NCBI GenBank assembly: GCA_044236265.1
Contig: JBIIGV010000038.1
Coordinates: 1 to 23,910, forward strand
Source of the DNA: Oligoflexales bacterium
GTDB taxonomy: Bacteria > Bdellovibrionota_B > Oligoflexia > Oligoflexales > RGVZ01
Reading direction: 5' to 3'
DNA length: 23,910 nt
Both the position numbers and the translations under genes were made by a program. The notes beneath the pieces were generated by a model. It worked only from the letters and a program-made list of their open reading frames with translations. It was not told where the DNA came from and did not search any database. Below are positions 9,346 to 18,507 of the stretch, piece by piece (position 1 is the first letter of the stretch; every line of letters begins with the position of its first letter).

Positions 9346-11106
9346 ATGCAGATTTTGGACAAAATCAAAGACTACGAAAGGCTTGGTAAGCCGTTCTTCT
9401 CATTTGAGTATTTCCCACCAAAGACCGAGACCGGACTCCATAACCTCTATTCGCGCCTCGACCGCATGGCTGGTCTTGAACCCTGTTTTATTGACATCAC
9501 ATGGGGCGCTGGCGGCAGCACATCTGAAACCACACTGACTTTAAGCAAAGACGCTCAAACCTATTTTGGTTTGGACGTCATGATGCATATCACCTGTGCC
9601 AATTTGAGTGAAACTCGTTTGCGGTCAGCTCTTGATCAGGCTCGTGATTGTGGCATCCGCAACATCATGGCACTGCGCGGCGATTCACCACGTAGCGATC
9701 GCCATGCTGAGCCTTCGTTTATTGAAACCAGCATTGATTTGATCAAATGGATTCGCAAAAACTATGGACAAACCTTCTGTATCGCAGTGGGCGGCTATCC
9801 TGAGGGGCATCCAGAGGCCAAATCAAAAGACGATTGCGTTGCGTATCTAAAGAAAAAAGTTGACGCCGGAGCCGACTTTGTAGTCACTCAGTTGTTTTAC
9901 GATGTGAGCGAGTACGACCAATTTCTGAAACGCTGTAAAAAGATCGGTATTCACTGCCCAATTATACCAGGCATCATGCCGATCATGTCTTACGAGCGCT
10001 TTCAAAAGTTTACTGAGTTTACGGGTATCAAAGTTCCAGAACATATTCGCCAAGCTCTTGAGCCAATAAAGACCGACGACGAAGAGGTTAGGGCTTTTGG
10101 CGTCGACCTTTGCGTGAAAATGGCTCGTGAATTATTTGAGCTAGGTGCTCCTGGACTTCATTTCTACACTCTCAATCTTGAGTCGTCTGTAACTGAGGTC
10201 CTCGAGAACTTGGACTTGTTAGGAGACTGTCGAACAAGGCGCCCGATGCCATGGCGTGCGTCTACAGTTGCAAATCGCAAGTCTGAGGAAGTACGACCAA
10301 TCTTTTGGAGTAATCGCCCGAAGAGCTATCTAGCACGCACACTGACTTGGGATGATTTCCCAAATGGTCGCTGGGGCGATAACTTTTCACCAACTTTCGG
10401 CTCGTTAAACGATTACTACATTTTCCGCAGAACCCAAGACACGGCTATGCGAGAAAATAGATTAAAAATTTGGGGCCAGCCTAAATCTGCAAATGATTTA
10501 GCTGAGGTATTTGCCAAATTTTGTCGCGGCGAAATTAAATGGCTCCCGTGGTGCGAGATGCCAATCCAGATTGAAACTGGCAGAATCGTCTCGCAACTCG
10601 TTGCAATCAACCTCAATGGCTATCTAACCATCAATAGCCAACCACAGGTCAATGCAGCACCAAGTGATGCTCCGGACGTGGGGTGGGGCGGCGCTGGCGG
10701 CTTTGTATTTCAAAAAGCCTATGTCGAGTTTTTCACGACCAAAGCCAAAATGCTTGAACTAATGGAGCGAGCCAAGAAGCTTCCATCCATCACCATTCAT
10801 GCCATCAACGAAAAGGGCGAAAGTTACTCCACGACAGACGACGCCAGCGTCAACGCTGTCACCTGGGGCGTATTCCCTGGTCGAGAAATCATCCAACCGA
10901 CCGTTGTCGACTCCAAAAGCTTTGCAATCTGGAAGGACGAGGCGTTTGACCTATGGTTGGACGAGTGGCGCTCTCTTTACTCCAAAAACAGCGAAAGTTG
11001 GAATTTTATTTCCAGCGTTCACGACGACTACTTCTTGGTCAACGTCGTTGAAAACGATTTTGTGAATGGGGATATCTACAGGCTATTTCCCTGCATTAAC
11101 TCTTAG
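9346..11106 (+). CDS. metF: methylenetetrahydrofolate reductase, eukaryote-type two-domain architecture (catalytic TIM barrel plus C-terminal SAM-binding regulatory domain)
   Basis: FSFEYFPPKT, DITWGAGG, ALRGD, GYPEGH, GADFVVTQLF, HFYTLN, then EEVRPIFW..RPKSY..RT..WDDFPNGRWG, TINSQP, FQKAY, NAVTWGVFPGREIIQPTVVD and WKDEAF as in eukaryotic MTHFR; alternative TTG start at 9331. Confidence 0.95.
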   Translation: MQILDKIKDYERLGKPFFSFEYFPPKTETGLHNLYSRLDRMAGLEPCFIDITWGAGGSTSETTLTLSKDAQTYFGLDVMMHITCANLSETRLRSALDQARDCGIRNIMALRGDSPRSDRHAEPSFIETSIDLIKWIRKNYGQTFCIAVGGYPEGHPEAKSKDDCVAYLKKKVDAGADFVVTQLFYDVSEYDQFLKRCKKIGIHCPIIPGIMPIMSYERFQKFTEFTGIKVPEHIRQALEPIKTDDEEVRAFGVDLCVKMARELFELGAPGLHFYTLNLESSVTEVLENLDLLGDCRTRRPMPWRASTVANRKSEEVRPIFWSNRPKSYLARTLTWDDFPNGRWGDNFSPTFGSLNDYYIFRRTQDTAMRENRLKIWGQPKSANDLAEVFAKFCRGEIKWLPWCEMPIQIETGRIVSQLVAINLNGYLTINSQPQVNAAPSDAPDVGWGGAGGFVFQKAYVEFFTTKAKMLELMERAKKLPSITIHAINEKGESYSTTDDASVNAVTWGVFPGREIIQPTVVDSKSFAIWKDEAFDLWLDEWRSLYSKNSESWNFISSVHDDYFLVNVVENDFVNGDIYRLFPCINS

Positions 11107-11524
11107 ACAAAGCCTTAAATGCGGTTGAGTAGAGCATGATCTGCTTGACGACGCTGGATAGTCCATTGCGACGATTCATGGATAAATGCTCTGTGATTCC
11201 GCCTTCTTTGAGAAAATCTGGGGGCAGAGATAGGTTTTCCGCTGGCGTATTTCCGCTGTAAACAGCCACAAGCACGGCCATTATACCTTTAACAATGGCT
11301 GCATCAGAATCGACGTAAAAAAACAGACGTCCGTCTTTCATCTCAGGCACAAGCCAAGCCTGCGACATGCAGCCTTGAACCAAATATTTATCCTGGCGCT
11401 GATCGTCTTTTAAGGTTGGTAATTCGCGTCCTTTTTCAATGATGAACTTGTAGCGATCATCACTGGAAGTGATCTCCGCGAGTCGATCTAACATATGTTT
11501 TTTCTTTGATTGAATGTCACTCAT
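11096..11524 (-). CDS. sufE: SufE family cysteine desulfuration protein
   Basis: VQGCMSQAW (acceptor Cys), DSDAAIVKG, LSMNRRNGL; SD GAGG upstream. Confidence 0.92.
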   Translation of the reverse strand: MSDIQSKKKHMLDRLAEITSSDDRYKFIIEKGRELPTLKDDQRQDKYLVQGCMSQAWLVPEMKDGRLFFYVDSDAAIVKGIMAVLVAVYSGNTPAENLSLPPDFLKEGGITEHLSMNRRNGLSSVVKQIMLYSTAFKALSKS

Positions 11525-11542
11525 CAAAAAGCCTCACATGGA

Positions 11543-12868
11543 TCAAGAAACAACATGAACATTTGATCCAAGAATCGTGGCTACAACCCTGCCCGGTAAT
11601 CGCGCGTTGACAAAGCAGCTATTACTCGAAAGTCCCACGAAATCAGATGCTAGAACCAAACGATCCGTAGCCCGCACATCGCATATTACAGCATTGAAAG
11701 GCCGACCTTCCGTAATGTTACCGAACTGATTGGCAACCCCCAAAAATCTGGCAGGATTGGTTGCCCAGGTCTGGACAAGACGCGAGGATGATAGTTTTCC
11801 CTGCTGCCAAAGCCAAATCAGGACTCTCAATGAGGTCTCTAAACCGGTCGTCCCAAACGCGCTCGTCTTAAAGTTCACGGTCTTTACAGCTGCCTCATGA
11901 GGCGCGTGATCCGTTGCCATGAAGTCGCAATCCCCGTTTTCAAGGGCAATTTGCAAGCGCGCACGGTCCTCAGCTGAGCGAATAGGAGGATTCATCTTAA
12001 AGGATGAATTTTCCCGATCAATGTCTTCAGCGGTAAAAAACAGGTGGTGTGGGCTGACTTCACAGGAAACACTGAGCCCCGCCTGTCGAGCTTTTTTAAC
12101 CAAATCGATGGTCTTAGCAGAACTGACGTGAAGGACGTGATAACGGGCCTCTGGGACCTTATTCAAAAGATCTAAATCTCGTTTCACCATGTCAAATTCC
12201 GCAGCTTCTGGATAAGCCACTCCACCTAAACGGCTCTGAACAGGTCCAGCTGCTAAAACGCCGCCGTGACCAGGAACCTCGGCATGCTGCAGAAGCGGGA
12301 GTCCCGTTCTTGCTGCTCCGCGAAGTACGTTTTCCATCACCTCATCGTCAGCAACACCGACACCATCATCCGTGAAAGCACTGACACCAGCTCGGGCGAG
12401 AGCCTCAAAGTCGACGCACTCACGCCCCTTTTGTCCAATTGTCATCGCTGCGGAGAAAAGAACTTGAACACCAGTCTCTGCAGCCGGCTCCTTGATTTCA
12501 CGCCGAGCCAATTCGAGCACGGAAACCCTGTCCAAGACAGGATTCGTATTTGGCATGGTCAAAAGAGCTCCGACGCCACCAGCAACCGCAGCCCAAAGGC
12601 CAGAGCTTGCGGTCTCCTTATGCGGCTGGCCAGGAACTCGAAGATGAACTTGCGCATCGACGCCGGCTGGCATCAGCACCAGCCCTTTACCATCAATTAA
12701 ATGGGCATCAGATGGATAAGACTTGGATAAATGTTCGGAAATTGACTCGACAATTCCATTTTGAACCAGAACATCAACCTGATTTCGCTCAGAGTCGGCA
12801 TTCCAAACGTCAATACCCCTGATGACGATTTTGGTCTGAATCGACGATTTTATCTTGTTTTTGTGCAT
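11543..12868 (-). CDS. pyrC: dihydroorotase family protein (long/type I), first metal His replaced by Gln
   Basis: DAQVHLRVPG, MPNTNP, FTDDG, QHAE, HVLHVSS, CEVSPHHL, KMNPPIR, ATDHAPH, NPARFLG. Confidence 0.85.
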   Translation of the reverse strand: MHKNKIKSSIQTKIVIRGIDVWNADSERNQVDVLVQNGIVESISEHLSKSYPSDAHLIDGKGLVLMPAGVDAQVHLRVPGQPHKETASSGLWAAVAGGVGALLTMPNTNPVLDRVSVLELARREIKEPAAETGVQVLFSAAMTIGQKGRECVDFEALARAGVSAFTDDGVGVADDEVMENVLRGAARTGLPLLQHAEVPGHGGVLAAGPVQSRLGGVAYPEAAEFDMVKRDLDLLNKVPEARYHVLHVSSAKTIDLVKKARQAGLSVSCEVSPHHLFFTAEDIDRENSSFKMNPPIRSAEDRARLQIALENGDCDFMATDHAPHEAAVKTVNFKTSAFGTTGLETSLRVLIWLWQQGKLSSSRLVQTWATNPARFLGVANQFGNITEGRPFNAVICDVRATDRLVLASDFVGLSSNSCFVNARLPGRVVATILGSNVHVVS

Positions 12869-13020
12869 ATTTATCCCCCAAAGCTAAGACTTAAGCCCGG
12901 ACGGTTCCTCATCATATCGAGAACGTCCGAAAACTACTATAGATTTCCGTTCAATGAAATCCATTTCTCTGTTAAAAGGAGGGCCCGAAACGACTGGGAT
13001 TTTGAGCCACGGAAGCGTTT

Positions 13021-13956
13021 ATGAAACGTCACCTTGAAGACATAGATGTAGCTAAAACCACGATCAACGATGCGCAGCGTCTTGATCGCGTTGGCATGAG
13101 CAATATTGAATGCCCGATACTCATCAAGTTCGATAGCCGTCCGGCGTGTATGGCCTCCGCGCGAGCCGATGCGTTCGTGAGCCTTGATCAGCCGCAAAAG
13201 GGCATCCATATGTCCCGCCTCTTCATTGCACTCACTGAAGCGCTTGAGGCGGAACCCGTTTCACCAGACCTACTCTCGAAAATTGCATCTTCTTTTCTGA
13301 AAAGTCATGATGGCATCAGCCACTTGGCGCACGTTCGCGTCAATTTCGAGATGATGCTCAAGCGTCCCGCCCTCGTTAGTGAAAATGAAGGATGGCGTTC
13401 ATATCCCATGAGCCTCTGGGCTACAGCGACAAAACAAGGCATACAATGCGGCATCGAGTTAACCGTACGTTACTCAAGCACCTGTCCGTGCTCAGCAGCT
13501 TTGGCGCGTCAGCTGATACAAAACAAATTCTCTGAAAGCTTTGCGCCTGCGCAAGATCTAACCCGAGAGGCTGTGATTGAGTGGCTTGGCAAAGAAGATT
13601 CCATTGCCGGCACCCCACATGGACAGCGCAGTGAAGGCAAGGTGACCGCCACCCTTCGAGCTGTGCCAAAAGATCTTGCCTTTGCGGTTTCGATGATTGA
13701 GCGTTTGGAAACAGCACTGAAAACATCGGTGCAGTCCGCTGTGAAGCGCGAAGATGAGCAGGAGTTTGCTCGCCTCAACGCTCAAAATTTAATGTTTGCA
13801 GAAGACGCTGTTCGGAGAATGAGTCACGCCCTGAGTCGTGACCCCAACTTATCCGGAACTTTGTGCGAGGTATCACACCTCGAAAGCCTGCATCCTCACG
13901 ATGCTGTTGCAAAGGTAGCAACAGGGGATCTTGCAAAAACATTCCAACACTTTTGA
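13021..13956 (+). CDS. folE2: GTP cyclohydrolase I type B (FolE2)
   Basis: RVGM, KGIHMSRL, YSSTCPCSAAL, TPHGQRS, VKREDEQEFA, NLMFAEDAVR, ESLHPHDA. Confidence 0.95.
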   Translation: MKRHLEDIDVAKTTINDAQRLDRVGMSNIECPILIKFDSRPACMASARADAFVSLDQPQKGIHMSRLFIALTEALEAEPVSPDLLSKIASSFLKSHDGISHLAHVRVNFEMMLKRPALVSENEGWRSYPMSLWATATKQGIQCGIELTVRYSSTCPCSAALARQLIQNKFSESFAPAQDLTREAVIEWLGKEDSIAGTPHGQRSEGKVTATLRAVPKDLAFAVSMIERLETALKTSVQSAVKREDEQEFARLNAQNLMFAEDAVRRMSHALSRDPNLSGTLCEVSHLESLHPHDAVAKVATGDLAKTFQHF

Positions 13957-13967
13957 ATCCTAGACTC

Positions 13968-15902
13968 TTATAATCCAAACTTCTTCAAGGCGTCTTTCGC
14001 CTTGTTTTTGACATCATCCTGTAATTTTTTAGAGTCAGCTGATCCCTTTTCTTTGTAGGCCTTTTCAAGCTCTGCCTGCAGGTTTTTGAACTCGGTGTCT
14101 TTTCCTTGTAGCAAACTATTGAAGGCACTTTGAACTTTTGTGTACTCGGCCAAGAGTTTTCCACGCTCATCTTTGATGCGATCATCAACAAATGATTTGA
14201 GCTTTGCCCTGGCCTGATCAATCTTTTGCTTCAAGTGACGTTCCAGACCAGACGCAAGCTCTGTTCCGAGATTTGAATCCAGTCCAATCTTTGGATTAGT
14301 CAGACCACCTTCAAGGGTAACCTCCATTTCAAGGGCCTTTATCCGAGATGTCGCACTCGTCAAAGCCTCCTTCAAAATTGGTGACTTCGCATCAGTCTTA
14401 AAGGCAGGGCTGACAATCGTTTCTTTAATCTTGGCCTTAATCTCTGAACCGTCAAACTCGGCGTCAACGTTCAAACTGGCCGGTGCAGCTGCCACCCCAA
14501 ATGTGATATCTGAGCTTGAAGCAAACATTTGCTCAGGGAACGGATGAGCACCAACCGATAAATCGACATCCGTTGAACTTCTGTCGCCCTTGAAATCCAT
14601 GACAATCTGCAGGTCCGCTTTCTTGACCTCTTGCTTTGGCGCATCGCCAGATAGACGAACCTCGGTGGGTTTATTGATGAGCGATGCATCAGAAGACACG
14701 TTAAGAATCTTGCCGGCAAAATCGCCGGAGAAACCCTCTGGGGTTGATTTGCTGGATATCTCGGCCTTCTTTAGCCAGAACAGTGGATAGCCCACGGTCA
14801 CTGGAAACTTGTAGGTTCTGCCAGTTCCCCGAGGATGCGGAACAAACTCCGGCTCGTCTTTCTCCTTTTTGTCGGGCATGTAAGCTTTCGCTTTATCGAG
14901 GAACCCCGTCAGCTTAACGAGTTTGTCGCCCATAACTTTATTGAGTAATGCCTTTGAGATGCTGGTCTTATCGATGCTGGGTAACTGAAATCGATTTTGA
15001 AGTGCTTCCATATCCTTGCGTGCCGCATCATCGATCTCTTTCAAACTACTATTAAATCCAGAAACATCTTGCTGAATATCTTTCTGGCTCTTTTGGTAAG
15101 CCGCCACAATATCTTGGACCTTATTAATGTCTTTCTTTAATCCCTCTAATTGATTTTTTGCTTCCACTGGATTCGACGTATTGATCTTGGTCGCTTTTAC
15201 CTTCTCCACAATCGCCTTAACTTCGTCGGCCTTGGGCAAAGAATCGATTCGTTTAGTCCACTCGTCTTTTTTCGACGTTAACGTGGTTTGAAGCTCCTTA
15301 ATTTTCGCTTCACTCTGCAGCTGATCCCGAATTTGTTTTAGCTGATCAGTTGCATCAGCTCCTGAAAGAATATTAGCGATATCTCCAAACACATTGTTTT
15401 TGAGCTGAGCCTCAGCTTCAGCCTTCAATTCATTGCCAATTTTTTCTGTTAAGCCTGGACCTGAGGACTTACCTGGTGGCGGCGGTGGATAAATCTCTCC
15501 AGGGCTCTTTCTCGGAGAATAGAGCGCGATCTCTTTGATTGACGACTCATCGACAACAACTTTTGCCCGCAGCAAAGCATCCCAAAGAAGCGCCAGTCTG
15601 ATTTGACCAATCGACACGACATTTTGGCGTGGATTTGACTTATCAGTGACCTCAATACCGCCAATGGTCATGGACGGATCTGTAAATTTGATATTGAGCA
15701 TTCCGACATCGACCTGAGCGCCATACACTGAGGATGCTGCCAGCTCAAGCCCCCTTCGCACATGTCCATCCAGCATAGTTACAACGTAAAACCAAACCAA
15801 GGCGGCAAAAATTGCGATAGGTATAATCGCTTCGAGCCTAAGCGGCCCTTTAGCTTTTGGGGATTTACTCTTTTTTGCGTCCACTATTTTTTTGTCTGTC
15901 AT
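13968..15902 (-). CDS. TIGR03545 family protein (N-terminal membrane anchor, beta-rich and coiled-coil regions)
   Basis: Single N-terminal TM, GAQVD..., LLWDALLRAKVVVDE, GR.YKFP...YP.FWLKK, C-terminal helical KDALKKFGL; adjacent to a TIGR03546-like gene as is usual for the family. Confidence 0.75.
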   Translation of the reverse strand: MTDKKIVDAKKSKSPKAKGPLRLEAIIPIAIFAALVWFYVVTMLDGHVRRGLELAASSVYGAQVDVGMLNIKFTDPSMTIGGIEVTDKSNPRQNVVSIGQIRLALLWDALLRAKVVVDESSIKEIALYSPRKSPGEIYPPPPPGKSSGPGLTEKIGNELKAEAEAQLKNNVFGDIANILSGADATDQLKQIRDQLQSEAKIKELQTTLTSKKDEWTKRIDSLPKADEVKAIVEKVKATKINTSNPVEAKNQLEGLKKDINKVQDIVAAYQKSQKDIQQDVSGFNSSLKEIDDAARKDMEALQNRFQLPSIDKTSISKALLNKVMGDKLVKLTGFLDKAKAYMPDKKEKDEPEFVPHPRGTGRTYKFPVTVGYPLFWLKKAEISSKSTPEGFSGDFAGKILNVSSDASLINKPTEVRLSGDAPKQEVKKADLQIVMDFKGDRSSTDVDLSVGAHPFPEQMFASSSDITFGVAAAPASLNVDAEFDGSEIKAKIKETIVSPAFKTDAKSPILKEALTSATSRIKALEMEVTLEGGLTNPKIGLDSNLGTELASGLERHLKQKIDQARAKLKSFVDDRIKDERGKLLAEYTKVQSAFNSLLQGKDTEFKNLQAELEKAYKEKGSADSKKLQDDVKNKAKDALKKFGL

Positions 15903-15943
15903 GTCTTTGATCTCAATTCAAAGGTTACCGTTAGATTAAAAAA

Positions 15944-16471
15944 TCAGGATCCGTACATTTCGTTATAGCTGGCATACCACTTATAAAGGGACGTTGCCTT
16001 CAGCGCTTTCCAGAACTTGGTCTCCTGGTATCTCTGCACGATTGTTTCCCGGTACTTCACAATTAATACCCGAGACCCGAAGAAAATAATCGGCATCATT
16101 ACAATCGCCAAAACACCCGATCCCATCACAATTGAATTATTAAAGCGGGTCAGCGGAATAACTGGCATGTTGTACATCAAGGTAAAAATACCCCGTAAGG
16201 ACGGCTGCTCTAGAACCATAGCACCAACCGAGGCAAATGCAGGATCAAGAAGATAGGCTACAAATTTGAAAAAGAATGCGGCGAGAAATGCAGCTCCCGC
16301 TTGGACGCGAAATATCAAAATGAGCAGAAAAATTAAAAAAGATTGTAGTGACAAGACAGGCGACATTCCTAAAACAAATCCCGCGGCAACGCCCCATGCA
16401 ATTTGATTGGTTCCTGTCTCGGAATTGAGAAGTTTAATGAGCCCAAAAATTTGTTTAAGCAAAATAGTCAA
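15944..16471 (-). CDS. TIGR03546 family (DUF2062-like) membrane protein
   Basis: LNSETGTNQIAWGVAAG, LYNMP..PLTRFNNSIVMGS-type motif; TTG start after GAGAGAGG. Confidence 0.8.
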   Translation of the reverse strand: MTILLKQIFGLIKLLNSETGTNQIAWGVAAGFVLGMSPVLSLQSFLIFLLILIFRVQAGAAFLAAFFFKFVAYLLDPAFASVGAMVLEQPSLRGIFTLMYNMPVIPLTRFNNSIVMGSGVLAIVMMPIIFFGSRVLIVKYRETIVQRYQETKFWKALKATSLYKWYASYNEMYGS

Positions 16472-16635
16472 AGTCTAATCCTCTCTCAAAGCGGCCTTAA
16501 TCTTTGGTCTTCACATAATGATTTCAATCTCGAAATCTTAGCAGGAAATAGATTCTATTGTCTTGTTTTTCTGGGAGGCACGGGAAATGACTATGAGCTA
16601 CCTCAAGTCAAAGATGATCGGACTTTAATCACTTA

Positions 16636-18357
16636 TTAGAGACGCTCAATTCGGATGATTCCGCGCTTGTTAAGAACCATCCTGAAATGATCATAAACAA
16701 CCTGTTTGTCACGACGATGCTGAAGGGAATGCCTCAAAACAATATGCATATGATAAACCTTGGGCAGCTTCAGCGAAGACAGTCGACCGTCGATGCTGAT
16801 GATATCAGTACCTGCCTGGGGGTCATCCAGTCGAGTTAAGTACCCGGCGATGTTTATGCGCAAAATATCATGCACCGCACGGATCGGATAATCCATGAGG
16901 CTGATTGCTCGCGGATAAAGTTCGACGACCTTTTTGTAATGAATGATGCTTTTAGGGGCGTCCTCAGCCTCTAGGTCGTCTGAATAGGATTGAATCCTTA
17001 GTTGTTTGACCTCAACAGGCAAGTCTTCTGGAGGTACAAAATGCGTATATTCGTTTACGTTGCCGACCTCAATCGCAGCTTCCGTTGCTGGTTCGTACAG
17101 AATACGTTCGCTGTTATCCGGAAGCTGACTAAATATTTTGCCAGAGAAAAAGCTTCTGCCGTTTTCCTTGATACGGTCTTTCAAGACGTAAGCAATCATC
17201 GACGCTGTTACGATCAGAAATCCACTTGATTGCCAGAAGTCAGTTTCGGCCGCCGCATTGCCACCCACGAACGCCCCTCCGCGAAGCGTAATGAAGTACA
17301 TCGCAATGACCCACCAAAGTGCGGCCAAACCGGCGGCAGCCATAGCACCAAGCTGACGCTGAAATTCGAATAGCGGCCTTGTTCGGATACTAAGATAAAG
17401 AACACCCCAGGTTCGCCTTTTCAAGACTCCTCGGCGATGCATATAACGCTCGACTTCATCGTCCGAACTGTCTTCGTCAATCCATGCATAACCGCGCTTT
17501 TTTGCGTACCATCGCTCCAGGCGATTTAAGGCTACACAACGCCTAAGGAACGCAAGATAATCTATTTCTGGAACAAGTCTAGGATCAATTTCAGTTGCAA
17601 CTCGCATCAAATTGGCAAGACCATCCCTCAGTCGATACGTGCAGTATTCATCTACAAATTTCAACTCGTTGACTAACGGTCGTAGATAGTCCTGATTTAA
17701 ACTTTCCGCTTCGATCAAAAGCTTTCGCCATTGCTTGAGCAGATATAGCGCTTTGCTCAAAAGCTCGCGTGTTTCATCGAGGTAGTGCTCAAGAGACTCG
17801 ACCCCCTTACCTCGCTCATCGTAAACCGTCGCGATATACTTATGAACTTTTCGAATTGCCTTTGTACGTTTGCCCATCCGCTTGAGAAAGTAGCTCGCAA
17901 ATGAGCAGCCGAAAATTCTAGCTTCTGAAATGGCCCGCTGAATTGTTACCGGAGGATGACCGTCAGCAACCTGCTTTACATAGTCCTCCAAAAACTTAAT
18001 CGGTGAGCGACTACCGCTTAATCCAATCAATTCACGAAACGAAAATCGCGGCTCACGAAAACGCACCAAAGGGCGCAAATCTGCGTAAAATCGATCTTTC
18101 GTATAGGTTTGTGGCGAGACAGCCATCTGCGGCGGATAGAAAAACCAAGCCTCCACCACATATTTTTGCTTGCGCGTTGCACCGGCAAGATTCGGGATCA
18201 CCGGGTAGTCGAACACCGTTTCTAGCTGTGTTCGATCGTGAGCTGCAAAAGTAGACTTAACCTGTAAATCCTCATCAACTGCTTTTGAACGCGACTTCCC
18301 TTTGCGAGGAAGCTCCGCTTCTTCAAATCTAGTTTTGGTTGTAGCTTTTGCGTACAT
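16636..18357 (-). CDS. conserved hypothetical protein, large soluble N-terminal region, two TM helices and a soluble C-terminal region
   Basis: 573-aa ORF; hydrophobic segments GAMAAAGLAALWWVIAMYFI and GFLIVTASMIAYVL followed by KDRIKE; no catalytic motif recognised. Confidence 0.8.
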   Translation of the reverse strand: MYAKATTKTRFEEAELPRKGKSRSKAVDEDLQVKSTFAAHDRTQLETVFDYPVIPNLAGATRKQKYVVEAWFFYPPQMAVSPQTYTKDRFYADLRPLVRFREPRFSFRELIGLSGSRSPIKFLEDYVKQVADGHPPVTIQRAISEARIFGCSFASYFLKRMGKRTKAIRKVHKYIATVYDERGKGVESLEHYLDETRELLSKALYLLKQWRKLLIEAESLNQDYLRPLVNELKFVDEYCTYRLRDGLANLMRVATEIDPRLVPEIDYLAFLRRCVALNRLERWYAKKRGYAWIDEDSSDDEVERYMHRRGVLKRRTWGVLYLSIRTRPLFEFQRQLGAMAAAGLAALWWVIAMYFITLRGGAFVGGNAAAETDFWQSSGFLIVTASMIAYVLKDRIKENGRSFFSGKIFSQLPDNSERILYEPATEAAIEVGNVNEYTHFVPPEDLPVEVKQLRIQSYSDDLEAEDAPKSIIHYKKVVELYPRAISLMDYPIRAVHDILRINIAGYLTRLDDPQAGTDIISIDGRLSSLKLPKVYHMHIVLRHSLQHRRDKQVVYDHFRMVLNKRGIIRIERL

Positions 18358-18410
18358 AGACCGACCATCAGCACAAATTAAAAGACCAACGCCCTAAGAT
18401 CACATCCATA

Positions 18411-18437
18411 TTATCGGCTTAGTTTTTTGATAATCAA
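18411..18437 (-). promoter_or_regulatory. possible sigma28 -10 box with overlapping palindrome
   Basis: Perfect GCCGATAA (18411-18418, - strand); the -35 position reads TTGA rather than TAAA and lies within the palindrome TTGATAATCAA (18427-18437). Confidence 0.35.
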
Positions 18438-18507
18438 TTTTTTAATTTGTTATTTTGGAAAATTCTATCTGTTAGAGACAATAATTGAATAGCTTACCAG
18501 TGACTCA

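Noticed and set aside
12976..13020. ZMP/ZTP (pfl) riboswitch-like words (CGACTGG...CCACGGAAGCG) upstream of folE2, and a stranded AAGGAGG about 40 nt before the ATG
   Set aside because: The required downstream P3 hairpin and pseudoknot are not visible and the ATG follows immediately. An in-frame TGA at 13003 rules out an upstream start. An Infernal scan would be decisive.
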